A stretch of DNA of 40,000 bases from Candidatus Peregrinibacteria bacterium RIFOXYB2_FULL_33_20 (GTDB taxonomy: Bacteria > Patescibacteriota > Gracilibacteria > UBA1369 > GWF2-33-10), in contig MFXK01000017.1 in NCBI GenBank assembly GCA_001788835.1, positions 42,285 to 82,284 on the forward strand, given 5' to 3'. The position numbers and the translations under genes are program-made. The notes under the pieces are model-generated. The model was not told the origin of the DNA and ran no database searches. It worked only from the letters and a program-made list of their open reading frames with translations. This document shows, piece by piece, positions 1-9,404 of the stretch (its first letter is position 1; every line of letters begins with the position of its first letter).

Positions 1-1228
1 TATCTTGTTTGTCTATTTCAATAATACCATCATTTAAATCATAAAAACGAAGTAGCATCTTAACTAAAGTTGTCTTACCTTCTCCTGAACGACCAACAAT
101 AGCAACTTTTTCACCAGCTTTAATTTGCAATGAAAATCTATCAAATACAAAATCTTTTTTATTATATCCAAAACAAACGTTTTTAAATTCAATAAGCCCT
201 TTATCAACTTTTAAAATTTTAGCATTAGGCAAATCCTTAATTTCATGCTCATTATACAAAATTTCAATCATATCTTCTCCATCAGCAAGTGCTCTATATA
301 TATCACGAATTATACGTCCAAAATTCCAAAGCCTATCCATTAATTGAAAAACATACGATTGAATCAAAACAAAATCTCCAATTGTAAAAATACCTTTCTG
401 CCACAGCTTCAAAGCAATATATAAAATTAAAACTTCAAACCCCATCATAAACGCGGCTTGAATTCCATCAATCATCATACTCAAATTCCATTCCTGTTTG
501 GTTTTCTTGGCATTATCATAAGTAATTTCTTTAAAATTCTGAACTTCGTTTTCTAAAGCAGAAAAAAGTTTAATATTAATATTATTTGTAATTGTATCAG
601 CCAAAAAAGCAGTTAACTTAGTATCAGACTCACTTCTAGCAAGATCATATGGTAATTTTATATACACTGCGATCAATGTAAATGTTAGAAAAATAAGGAC
701 CCAACCCAAAACCACATAACCCAAAAATTTATTTGATAAAAATATTATTGTACCAGACACAAATATTCTTAAGGCCAAAGGATACATATCCCAAAAATAT
801 TTATCACAAATTACTTCAAAACTACGAGCTAATCTTCCAACCTTCCTAACCAAAGCTCCAGCAAAATTATTTGTAAAAAATTTATAAGAATGTTTCTGAA
901 GATAATCAAAACAATTATTATAAATTTTCCTTATAATAGAAGCTTCAAATTTAACAAGTGTAAAACTAGTTATCCTCCAAAAAATCCATTCAAAGAAATA
1001 AATAATCCCAAGAGTAAAAATTAATTTCATCAATTGTGAAATTATATCTGCATTTTTATACGCCTCAACACCTGACAATAAATCAAAAAACTTTTTATAT
1101 ATAAGTGGAACATAAATATCACAAAGTATCGCAAATGTAATTGAAAAAAAAATTATAAAAAAAAGCAATTTTTTTGCTTTAAAAAATTGCAAGAAATATC
1201 CATACGTTCTTTTGGTAGAAATCCTCAT
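1..1228 (-). CDS. ABC transporter, fused permease/ATP-binding subunit (exporter type), C-terminal part cut off by window edge
   Basis: Absent from the supplied ORF track because it runs off the window. My reverse-complement translation from the ATG at 1228..1226 reads MRISTKRTYGYFLQFFKAKKLLFFIIFFSITFAILCDIYVPLIYKKFFDLLSGVEAYK..., which is hydrophobic TM-helix sequence. I hand-translated 841..1228 and 61..120. The two stretches are in the same frame (1228-118 is divisible by 3), and the second contains AGEKVAIVGRSGEGKTTLV. The Walker A motif GRSGEGKTT lies at nt 68..94. Confidence 0.85.
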   Translation of the reverse strand, partial: MRISTKRTYGYFLQFFKAKKLLFFIIFFSITFAILCDIYVPLIYKKFFDLLSGVEAYKNADIISQLMKLIFTLGIIYFFEWIFWRITSFTLVKFEASIIRKIYNNCFDYLQKHSYKFFTNNFAGALVRKVGRLARSFEVICDKYFWDMYPLALRIFVSGTIIFLSNKFLGYVVLGWVLIFLTFTLIAVYIKLPYDLARSESDTKLTAFLADTITNNINIKLFSALENEVQNFKEITYDNAKKTKQEWNLSMMIDGIQAAFMMGFEVLILYIALKLWQKGIFTIGDFVLIQSYVFQLMDRLWNFGRIIRDIYRALADGEDMIEILYNEHEIKDLPNAKILKVDKGLIEFKNVCFGYNKKDFVFDRFSLQIKAGEKVAIVGRSGEGKTTLVKMLLRFYDLNDGIIEIDKQD

Positions 1229-1326
1229 TTAAAAAATAGACAAGTAAACGGGAACAAATTATACTCTCAATGAACAAAATTTAAAAATGAAAATTAGTTA
1301 TGCAACTTACGTTACGCGATGTAAAT

Positions 1327-1393
1327 AGTAATCGGTAGTCAGTAATCAGTAAGACTGTAGCTAACTGACTACTGATTACTCACTTCTGACTAC
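1327..1393 (+). promoter_or_regulatory. Cluster of inverted/direct repeats (alternative stem-loops) in the ilvD 5' leader
   Basis: AGTAATCGGTAGTCA (1327..1341) pairs with TGACTACTGATTACT (1366..1380): 15 bp with one G-T wobble. A second left arm, AGTAATCAGTA (1341..1351), pairs perfectly with 1370..1380 and so competes for the same right arm. A third TGACTAC copy lies at 1387..1393. The cluster ends 25 nt before the ilvD ATG. Confidence 0.4.
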
Positions 1394-1418
1394 ATCCTCT
1401 TTCCTTCCTTCACACCTT

Positions 1419-3161
1419 ATGACCCCTCTCAACTCCGGTTTTGCCAATATCCAAAAAAAAGGTAGCCGTATAATTGCAGAAGGATTTCACATGTTACCTG
1501 CGGCTTCACTTATGATTGCGGCTGGTGTTATGAAATCCTTAAAAGATAGAAAGAAACCTTTTGTTACAGTTATAAATTCTTACACAAATCAAATTCCAGG
1601 ACATGCACATTTAGATGTTGTTGGAAAAATTTTAGTCGAAAAATTAAAAAAACTTGGTTATAATGTTTGGTATGCAAATATTGGTGGCGCGGTTGATGAT
1701 GGCATTGCCATGGGGCATTTTGGCATGAAATATTCACTGCCTTCTCGCGAATTAATTACAGATCAGATTGAAACAATCATTGGTGCTCACCCTTGCGACG
1801 CTTGGATCGGCATAGGCAATTGTGACAAAATTGTTCCAGGCATGCTTAATGCAATGGTTAGACTTAATGTACCTTCAATTTATGTTAGTGGCGGGCCAAT
1901 GCTTGCAGGCAAAAATAATTCTGATTTGGTTACTGTTTTTGAAGGCGTTGGCAAAAAATCTGCCAATAAAATGACTGAAAAAGAATTAGAAGCTTTAGCC
2001 GGAAGTTCCTGCAGAACATGTGGAAGTTGTGCCGGCATGTTTACGGCAAATTCCATGAATTGTATTGCAGAAGTCATAGGTCTAGCTCTACCTGGCAATG
2101 GTTCGATACCAGCGGCGGCTTGGACAGATAAGAAAAATTTTAAATGGAAAATAAATCCAGAAAGAATCAAATTAATTGAAAAAACTGCTGAAACGCTTAA
2201 ATATATTTTAAAAAACAAAATCAGACCAAAAGATATTGTTACAAAAAAATCAATTGATAACGGATTTATTCTAGATTTAGCAATGGGAGGATCAACTAAT
2301 ACCATTCTTCACACACTTGCTTTGGCACATGAAGCTGGAATTAAATATTCACTTAAAGATATAAACAAGTTATCAGACAAAACTCCAAATATTTGCAAAG
2401 TATCACCATCAAGACCTGAAATACACATGGAAGATGTTTATAAATGTGGCGGTGTTTCTGCAATATTGAAAGCCATTTCCAAATACTCAAAAGCTCCGCT
2501 CAATCTTAAACTTCAAACATGTGATGGAAAACTTGAACAAAGTGTTATGAAAGCAAAAGATCCAGATGGTGACGTAATAAGAGTTGGTAAAAATGCGTTT
2601 TCACAAACTGGAGGACTGGCTATTTTGTACGGGAATATTGCTCCAGAAGGAGCTGTTGTCAAAATTGCCGGAATTGATAAAGATATGATGCAATTCACAG
2701 GCAAAGCCAAAGTTTACAATTCTCAGGAAGAATGTTTAGAAGGGATTTTGAAAGGACAAGTCAAAGATGGCGATGTAGTTGTAATTAAATATGAAGGGCC
2801 AAAAGGCGGACCTGGAATGCAGGAAATGCTCTCCCCTACTTCTGCGTTAAAAGGTCGAGGCACAAAAGCCGCATTAATAACTGATGGCCGTTTCTCTGGC
2901 GGAACGAGAGGGCTTTGCATTGGACATATCTCACCTGAAGCCGCTAGCAGTGGGCCAATCGCAATAATTCAAAATGGCGATATTATTGAAATTGATGCTG
3001 TGAAAAGGACTTTGAATGTAAAATTATCAGATCAAGAAATTAGCAAGAGACTAAAAAATCTCAAACCATTTAAATCCAAAATCCAAAAAGGCTGGCTCGG
3101 CCGTTACGCCCAACATGTCTTAAGTGCAAATTATGGTGCGGTGATGGATAATTGTTTATAA
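1419..3161 (+). CDS. ilvD: Dihydroxy-acid dehydratase (IlvD/Edd family)
   Basis: 580 aa. N-terminus KPFVTVINSYTNQIPGHAHL, CDKIVPGM, VSGGPM, CGSCAGMFTANSMN (Fe-S cluster Cys region), ALITDGRFSGGT. Full-length collinear with IlvD. Confidence 0.93.
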   Translation: MTPLNSGFANIQKKGSRIIAEGFHMLPAASLMIAAGVMKSLKDRKKPFVTVINSYTNQIPGHAHLDVVGKILVEKLKKLGYNVWYANIGGAVDDGIAMGHFGMKYSLPSRELITDQIETIIGAHPCDAWIGIGNCDKIVPGMLNAMVRLNVPSIYVSGGPMLAGKNNSDLVTVFEGVGKKSANKMTEKELEALAGSSCRTCGSCAGMFTANSMNCIAEVIGLALPGNGSIPAAAWTDKKNFKWKINPERIKLIEKTAETLKYILKNKIRPKDIVTKKSIDNGFILDLAMGGSTNTILHTLALAHEAGIKYSLKDINKLSDKTPNICKVSPSRPEIHMEDVYKCGGVSAILKAISKYSKAPLNLKLQTCDGKLEQSVMKAKDPDGDVIRVGKNAFSQTGGLAILYGNIAPEGAVVKIAGIDKDMMQFTGKAKVYNSQEECLEGILKGQVKDGDVVVIKYEGPKGGPGMQEMLSPTSALKGRGTKAALITDGRFSGGTRGLCIGHISPEAASSGPIAIIQNGDIIEIDAVKRTLNVKLSDQEISKRLKNLKPFKSKIQKGWLGRYAQHVLSANYGAVMDNCL

Positions 3162-3172
3162 AAATTAAACAA

Positions 3173-4696
3173 TTACTTTTTTTCCCGTGCTTTTATCAAA
3201 GCATTTGCAAAGCCGAGTACAGCAGTACCAGCTAAACTTCCATCAACTTTGTTTGCATTTTCGCCACTTACTTTTAATTGTTCCGCCACTAAAATTTCTC
3301 TATCATTTCCACTAAGCTCTTTATAAATTTCATTTATTCTTGCAACATGTCTAGAATTTTCGGTAATCAAACTTCCTTCGGCAACAAATGTAAATTTAGT
3401 TTTAGTAACTTCTTCTGTTCCAGCCAAAATTCTTGCACAATAATCAGCTGATCTTTCTGTAAATTGTGTAGCAATTAATTTTAAAATTGCTTTCTCTTGA
3501 TCATTAAAAGTATTACTTGGTTCTTTCCCTCCATATACAAAAGAAAATATTAACCAAGTAACTGTGTCATTTAATTTCTTTGGTTCAGCTAAACTTAATA
3601 ATTTTTTATGCAAATCATGTTCTTCACCAAAGAAATGTTTAATAGCATAAATAAACGCATCTCCCATTACTGCACCAGCTGCCAATGTTTCAAATTCAAC
3701 GGATTTTTTATTTTTTTGACAAACATTTTTATCAATTTGTGAACCCTCAAAAGTGAATCTTCCTGCCTCAAGATTAGTAGCTTTGCCATTACTTAAAGTT
3801 GCACCATTAGTACCAGTCCCAAGTATAAATGCTCCATCTTTTCCATAAGCAAGTGCTGAGGAAACCGTATCATTCGGTGAAATGGCCACACAATCTTTTT
3901 CGATTGTTAGTCCATATGCTGATCGCATAAAATCACAAAAAGACTGAGCCATACTTACTTTCTGACCAGGATTTTGCTCCCTTCCATTACTATTTAATGG
4001 GGCTAATTCGTCACATTGAATTTTATCTGAAAAATGCAAACTATATCCATCAGTTTCAGAAGTCATTTGTATTGGCCATCCACAAGTTAAAGCAATATTA
4101 ATAGGTTTACCCGCATTAATATCATTTGTAATTTCTTGAATAAATTCTGCAGGCAAAACATGTTTCCAAAATTCAGTAGCAGTCGCACATGTTTTTATTG
4201 TCTCACCATCTTTTAATTCACATTCATAAAAACTTTGAACATCCAAACTTCGATCTACTTTGACCTTAACTTTTCCAGCTTTCACATGTGTTCCACCAAT
4301 AGATAAAGCATGTATTTCTTCTTCTGTCCCTTCTGGAATAGATTTCAAAGCATTTAATATTTCTGTCATATCTGTCTCAATCGAACGCATACCATTTCCC
4401 CCATTTCCTTCTCTAATACTATCAGCAATAGTTTCAACTGAGACTTCTGTGCCCCTACCAAATCCTATTCGTTCAAACAAAGCATCAACTTCCTCCACTG
4501 TTAATCCTTCATGATTAAGTATTCCAGCCAATTCATCAAATAATATTTCTTCTCTGGTTTTTTCTGTCTCTTCGATCACAGGGGCACCATCACCTGAATC
4601 TAACTCATTGATAGCGCCGTTTAACACCTGCGCTTCTATATCGGCTTCTTCACCACCATCTGATACTAATGTTCGATCTTCTTCGGTATATGTCAT
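3173..4696 (-). CDS. Hexokinase-family (actin-fold) sugar kinase with acidic N-terminal extension
   Basis: 507 aa. The ordered motifs parallel hexokinase: IPEGTEEEIHALSIGGTHVKA (P.G.E.G..LALDLGGTNFRV), INIALTCGWPIQ (LGFTFSFP), NDTVSSALAY (NDTVGT), ILGTGTNGA (GTGxNA), NLEAGRF (NTEWGAF), FETLAAGAVMGD (FEKxxSGxYLGE), FVAEGSLI (VxxDGSxY), DGSLAGTAVLG (DGSGxGAA). The first ~60 aa are Asp/Glu rich. Confidence 0.6.
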   Translation of the reverse strand: MTYTEEDRTLVSDGGEEADIEAQVLNGAINELDSGDGAPVIEETEKTREEILFDELAGILNHEGLTVEEVDALFERIGFGRGTEVSVETIADSIREGNGGNGMRSIETDMTEILNALKSIPEGTEEEIHALSIGGTHVKAGKVKVKVDRSLDVQSFYECELKDGETIKTCATATEFWKHVLPAEFIQEITNDINAGKPINIALTCGWPIQMTSETDGYSLHFSDKIQCDELAPLNSNGREQNPGQKVSMAQSFCDFMRSAYGLTIEKDCVAISPNDTVSSALAYGKDGAFILGTGTNGATLSNGKATNLEAGRFTFEGSQIDKNVCQKNKKSVEFETLAAGAVMGDAFIYAIKHFFGEEHDLHKKLLSLAEPKKLNDTVTWLIFSFVYGGKEPSNTFNDQEKAILKLIATQFTERSADYCARILAGTEEVTKTKFTFVAEGSLITENSRHVARINEIYKELSGNDREILVAEQLKVSGENANKVDGSLAGTAVLGFANALIKAREKK

Positions 4697-4745
4697 TTTT
4701 AAATGATTAAAAAATAAAAATTATTTATTTTGAAGATTTGTTAAA

Positions 4746-5411
4746 TTAAAAACGTGATCCATTATTTCTTATAAATTCACTTTTTGATTGATTTGTTGGT
4801 ATTAATTCTGGAATTATTTCCATTATTAAATCTTTAATTTGTTTAATATCTTCAGCAATAACATCTAACATAGGCTGTTCCATCTGAATATCATGATTCA
4901 TTGACTCAACTTCAACTTGTTTTAATGTTTCTTCGCCAATAGAACATTCATCACAACATACTTCATATGATCTTCCATTTTCTAAACTTAAAATAAAAGC
5001 AATTTTTCTTTTTATCATTGGGCCATAAGCTGTAATTGGGATTCTTATCCCCATTGTTCGTTCTGATTGAGCTGTGATCATTGCCTGATTTAAATCTTCA
5101 CTCTCACTTTCATACTTAAATATATTTTCAAGACTCCAATGTGCTACTTTATTTGTTGTTTCATGAGAACCATTTTTTTTCTTAAGAGTTAATTTCTTTT
5201 GTTTTATATCAAATTCAACCCAACAATTATTCCCACCTTCAATCTTATATAAGGCAACAATTCTTTCTCGTGTTTCACTTACTGTGAATCTTTTTCCTAG
5301 TATAAGACACCAGCCCATAATGTCCGTCAAAACATCATCTATATCTAGACACTTTGGTATAGATAATTTAGTCTCAATTCCTATTTGTCTAATTTCAGAG
5401 ATTTTCCCCAT
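4746..5411 (-). CDS. Hypothetical protein, possible CYTH-like (triphosphate tunnel metalloenzyme) fold
   Basis: 221 aa ORF with no competing frame. N-terminal IGIETKL resembles the CYTH EIExK motif. KKLTLKKK resembles LTxK. IKRKIAF...YEVCCDEC...LKQVEVES resembles K.R....D....EvE. The family call is tentative. Confidence 0.35.
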   Translation of the reverse strand: MGKISEIRQIGIETKLSIPKCLDIDDVLTDIMGWCLILGKRFTVSETRERIVALYKIEGGNNCWVEFDIKQKKLTLKKKNGSHETTNKVAHWSLENIFKYESESEDLNQAMITAQSERTMGIRIPITAYGPMIKRKIAFILSLENGRSYEVCCDECSIGEETLKQVEVESMNHDIQMEQPMLDVIAEDIKQIKDLIMEIIPELIPTNQSKSEFIRNNGSRF

Positions 5412-5490
5412 TTATGAATCCTTTAAAGATTCCATCTTACAACCAAAACAATAAAAGTCAAATTTTTTAAAAAAAACTATAAAATAAATT

Positions 5491-5823
5491 TTAATATTCC
5501 AACACCACCTCCAACGTTCCCTCCCCGCCACGGTCAAATCTCCCTTCATAAACACGAACTACAAAAGATTTGCTTAAAAGATATTTTTTCAAAAATGGTT
5601 TAATTACTGGCATTCCGTGTCTTGAATGTAAACCTTTTCCTGTTATAAAAAGTACTTTTGTTAGATTTCGCCTTTTGCACTCATCAAGAAATTCATTTAC
5701 TAAATCTTTCACGTCATCCATTGTTAAAACTCCACGATCATGAAAATCAAATTCTTCCTGAGGCTTGGTTAAATTATCATATTTGTTTGTTTTTTTGTTT
5801 TTTTCTTTTTTAAATTTAGACAT
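5491..5823 (-). CDS. Smr domain protein
   Basis: 110 aa. FDFHDRGVLTMDDVKDLVNEFLDECKRRNLTKVLFITGKGLHSRHGMPVIKPFLKKYL matches the Smr pattern (DLHG...A...v..fl.....ihGkGlhS....lk..v..wL). Confidence 0.75.
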   Translation of the reverse strand: MSKFKKEKNKKTNKYDNLTKPQEEFDFHDRGVLTMDDVKDLVNEFLDECKRRNLTKVLFITGKGLHSRHGMPVIKPFLKKYLLSKSFVVRVYEGRFDRGGEGTLEVVLEY

Positions 5824-5922
5824 TTGAAAAATATTTAAATAAATAAATCATCTATGTAAACAATAAAATTGTATTAAATTTTTACTAATAAATCTATATG
5901 GTCTAAAATAATTTTTGATCAA

Positions 5923-8604
5923 ATGGCTCATATGAAATTTAAATCAATGAAAACATCAAAATTATATTTTTTTATTGGGCTTACTACTATCTCTACAATT
6001 TTTTTCTTCACAAATTTATCGTTAACTAAAGCTGAATTCTTGGACGTAAAATCAAATAATCCTTTTTTTGATGCTATCAATTATATGCAGTCACAAGGTG
6101 TTATTAATGGATATGAAGATAATACTTACAAACCAAATAATCCTATTAATCGTGCTGAATTTGTTAAAATTATTGTTGATACGATTTTCACGAAAGATCA
6201 ACTTTCTGATTGTAAAATGAAGAAAAGATTTTTTGATGTTTCAAAAGAAGATTGGTTTTATCCTTATATATGTATTGCCTCAAATAATGGAATTATAAAT
6301 GGATATGCTGATCGAACATTCGCACCTTCGAATTATATAAATTTTTCAGAAGCTTCAAAAATTATTGTAAATGCTTTTGGTTATGAAACTTCTCCAAAAG
6401 ATTTTTGGTATCAATCATTTATAGAAAAACTAGAGGGATTAAATGCGATCCCTAGAAGTATTTGTTCTATTTTAAAAAATATTTCACGTGGAGAAATGGC
6501 AGAAATGATTTATAGATTAAAAGAAAAAATTACAAATAAAAATTCAAACAATTTCTTTTCTGAAAATGCAAAAACTATAGAAACAGCTCAAACAACAACA
6601 TTTATAAAATCATATCGTATTAAAGAAAAAACTGACTCTTATGGGATAGCGGAAAGTTCAGATGGCGGATATGTCATAACAGGAGACACTGTTAATCCAA
6701 ATGAAATGAAAGGATATAGTATGTTTTGGTTCAAAGCTGATAGCAATGGTGATAAACAATGGAGCAAAATTTTTGATAATGGCAGTTCTGATGGTTATGC
6801 TGTTACAGAACTAACAGACGGAAATTATGTTGTTGCTGGACAAGTTGCAGGAGAGTTCCGAACAGTTGAAAACCAGTTAGAACTTGAAGGTCAGGGCGAT
6901 AATTTTGTAATAAAACTTGATAAAAATGGAAATCAAATTTGGGTAAGAACAGTTAGCCAACAAAGCATAGACCTCCCATCGAAACTTTTCCCTTCTGAAA
7001 ATGGTGGATTTATAATGTCTGGATCAACAGGAGTATTAGTTGGACATCCAGATATTGCTGATATCAATCATACTTTATTTCTTGGAAATTTTAATACTGA
7101 TGGTGATACTAATTGGTTTAAAAAAATTGATAGTGATGAAATTATGACTAAATCAGTAGAACCAACTGATGATGGTGGATATATCTTGATTGGCAGTATT
7201 AAATTAAAAGATGAAGATGATCAAACTGTTCCAGCTCTTGTAAAATTAAAATCAGATGGAACTTATGAATGGGCAACAGGATTAGAAAATTTACCAATCG
7301 AAGTGCCTAATTTAATAATAAGTCCAGATAAAAAAAGTTATACAGTTGGAACACCTAAAAAATTCCATTTAGACTTTGCAAATTTTTTTGAGGCAGAACA
7401 AACTAATGATGGAGGTTTTATTGCTTTTGGGAATTATACTCAAATGCCAACAGGAAATGACACGTCTAATTTAACTATAAATTTTCTAAAAACATCAAAC
7501 ATTGTAGCAGTAAAACTAGATCAAAATGGCAAACTTAAATGGGCAAGAACTGTTAGTATAAAAAAATACTTAGAAGATACTGTAATAGAAAAAGCAAAAG
7601 ATGGTGGATATATTATTATGGGAAATAATCTTGTAGGTGGATATCTCGGTAATGATGAAAGAAATGAATATTCAAAAATGTTAGACGAATACTATGAAAA
7701 ATTTCCACCAATGACACCTGAGACTCCTGAATCAAAAAAAGCCATGGATGAAATTTCAGATTATATTGAAAAAACAGAATCCCCTTTAATGTCTAGAAAT
7801 ATTATTTTAGTAAAAACAGATGCAAATTTTAATTATCAATGGGGCAAAGTTATTGGAGGAACAAAAGATTTAGATGGATATGCAATAATATCAACTACTG
7901 ATTTTGGATATGCAATAACTGGCACATGGCACACAGGAATTAAATATAAAATTCTTGGTACAACAATGGAATACACTGAAGCAATGATTATGAAATTAGA
8001 CGCCAACGGTAATTTAGGCAATAATAACGGCCTTGTCTCAGATTTTACAGATGCCGAAGAAAATGATGTCAGTCCATATATAGTTACAAACCAATTAAAT
8101 GCAGACGAATTAATTACCGAATATCCAATGGAGAATATAATTAGGACAATTAAAATAGCAGATAAAAAAGGAGTAAATACAATTGCCTCAGAATCTCAAA
8201 CCTATGAAGTTCAATTTTGTGAGGAAGCAGAAAATGATGATTCTTCTGCAAATCCTATTACAAAAACACGACCTGAAATAAAATATGAAGATACAAAAGA
8301 AGTCGAAGTTACAAGTGAAAAAGGGAAAATAATTAATGATGAATTACTGCCTATTCTTAAGGAAATTTTTAATGATGAAGTTAAAGTTTGGGATGATTTT
8401 GAAGGCATATGTCTTGCATATCGATTTAAAAGACTTGTGACAGAACAGGACATCAATGAAATAACACAAGCAATGCAAGAACTTGGATATAATATTGCAA
8501 GTGATGCAAATAAAGATTTTACTGCAACTAAAATTGGAATGACTCTTAACTTTCATTTCATGCTTGGTGATACAAACACAGGACAACTTGAGCTAACATA
8601 TTAA
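5923..8604 (+). CDS. Secreted cell-surface protein: signal peptide, two SLH (S-layer homology) domains, repeated beta-propeller-like DGGY modules
   Basis: 893 aa. N-terminal hydrophobic signal (LYFFIGLTTISTIFFFTNLSLTKA). SLH-like repeats FLDVKSNNPFFDAINYMQSQGVINGYEDNTYKPNNPINRAEFVKII and FFDVSKEDWFYPYICIASNNGIINGYADRTFAPSNYINFSEASKII. At least 7 spaced repeats of the type DGGY(V/I)(I/L)xG...G(D/N)xxW (SSDGGYVITGD, TDGNYVVAGQ, ENGGFIMSGS, DDGGYILIGS, NDGGFIAFGN, KDGGYIIMGN, TDFGYAITGT). Confidence 0.8.
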   Translation: MAHMKFKSMKTSKLYFFIGLTTISTIFFFTNLSLTKAEFLDVKSNNPFFDAINYMQSQGVINGYEDNTYKPNNPINRAEFVKIIVDTIFTKDQLSDCKMKKRFFDVSKEDWFYPYICIASNNGIINGYADRTFAPSNYINFSEASKIIVNAFGYETSPKDFWYQSFIEKLEGLNAIPRSICSILKNISRGEMAEMIYRLKEKITNKNSNNFFSENAKTIETAQTTTFIKSYRIKEKTDSYGIAESSDGGYVITGDTVNPNEMKGYSMFWFKADSNGDKQWSKIFDNGSSDGYAVTELTDGNYVVAGQVAGEFRTVENQLELEGQGDNFVIKLDKNGNQIWVRTVSQQSIDLPSKLFPSENGGFIMSGSTGVLVGHPDIADINHTLFLGNFNTDGDTNWFKKIDSDEIMTKSVEPTDDGGYILIGSIKLKDEDDQTVPALVKLKSDGTYEWATGLENLPIEVPNLIISPDKKSYTVGTPKKFHLDFANFFEAEQTNDGGFIAFGNYTQMPTGNDTSNLTINFLKTSNIVAVKLDQNGKLKWARTVSIKKYLEDTVIEKAKDGGYIIMGNNLVGGYLGNDERNEYSKMLDEYYEKFPPMTPETPESKKAMDEISDYIEKTESPLMSRNIILVKTDANFNYQWGKVIGGTKDLDGYAIISTTDFGYAITGTWHTGIKYKILGTTMEYTEAMIMKLDANGNLGNNNGLVSDFTDAEENDVSPYIVTNQLNADELITEYPMENIIRTIKIADKKGVNTIASESQTYEVQFCEEAENDDSSANPITKTRPEIKYEDTKEVEVTSEKGKIINDELLPILKEIFNDEVKVWDDFEGICLAYRFKRLVTEQDINEITQAMQELGYNIASDANKDFTATKIGMTLNFHFMLGDTNTGQLELTY

Positions 8605-8695
8605 TAGAACCCTTGACATAATTTAATTTATTCATTGAATAACTTTTCTTAAAATTTTAAAGTAAATATGTTTTTTATTATTTAATTAAAAAATT

Positions 8696-9325
8696 ATGGT
8701 AAAGAAAATTTTTACTATCTTAATGTTATTATTATTGACTACAGCTTTATTTATTGGATGTGGTAAAAACAAGGATGCATCTTCAGACAATAAAGAAAAA
8801 GAATCAGTCAGTGAAAACAAAGAGAATACAAATGATGTTTCTGTATTAGATCAAATGAAAGGCTATAAGGAAATGTCTGATTTAGGTAAAGCTATGTCTA
8901 GTGGTAATGAAAAAGATGCGGCTATCGCAATGCAAAATTTAGCTGAAATACAAAAAAAATATGATTTAAAAACATTTGAAGAAGCTGAATCTCTTGAAAT
9001 CCCTACAAATTTTCCAAGCAATTTAATATATAAAAACAGTAAAGCTACTTCAGTATCTGACAATTCAATAGAGCCTAATATTGATTTAAGTGTTACTTTG
9101 GAAACAACTGATGCTTTTAATGATATTAAAAATTTTTATAAAGAAGAAATTAAAAAAGACTGGAAAATTACAAGTCAAAACAGTGAAAGCGATTCTTATT
9201 CTGTAAATGGAGAAAAAGAAGGTGGCTATTCAATTTCAGTCAGTATCAACGCTGATGATTTTTCAGCATTAAGATCAATTTATATAAGTTATTACTATGA
9301 AAATTATGATACAGGGAATGAATGA
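8696..9325 (+). CDS. Lipoprotein, unknown function
   Basis: 209 aa. Signal peptide with lipobox MLLLLTTALFIGC-G, followed by a low-complexity Ser/Asn/Lys/Glu linker. Confidence 0.7.
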   Translation: MVKKIFTILMLLLLTTALFIGCGKNKDASSDNKEKESVSENKENTNDVSVLDQMKGYKEMSDLGKAMSSGNEKDAAIAMQNLAEIQKKYDLKTFEEAESLEIPTNFPSNLIYKNSKATSVSDNSIEPNIDLSVTLETTDAFNDIKNFYKEEIKKDWKITSQNSESDSYSVNGEKEGGYSISVSINADDFSALRSIYISYYYENYDTGNE

Positions 9326-9404
9326 GAGATACTGAAATTTAAATCAAAAATTTGCTAAATATAAATATTTAATTAAAATATCATCTTAGATAATTGTTTT
9401 TCCA

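Noticed and set aside
1395-1418. Purine-rich Shine-Dalgarno-like sequence (AAGGTGTGAAGGAAGGAAAGAGGATG) on the minus strand just before ilvD
   Set aside because: The following minus-strand ATG is immediately followed by TAG, so no ORF follows. The sequence is the complement of the pyrimidine-rich ilvD leader.
1880-2305. Minus-strand 141-aa ORF, plus other 60-140 aa ORFs nested antisense in ilvD, trpD, pyrG, purD (22033-22461), pgk, Udp-Cdd and others
   Set aside because: All are fully contained within longer ORFs that have unambiguous family motifs. Their low-complexity or Ser/Leu/Pro-rich translations are typical of shadow ORFs.
8613-8641. TTGACA boxes at 8613, 10262 and 19988 as promoters
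   Set aside because: Each has a perfect -35 hexamer, but the sequence 16-18 nt downstream is a poor -10 (TGAATA, TATTTT, AGTCTA). In AT-rich DNA such matches are expected by chance. Only the 28023/28045 pair, with both hexamers at consensus, was retained.
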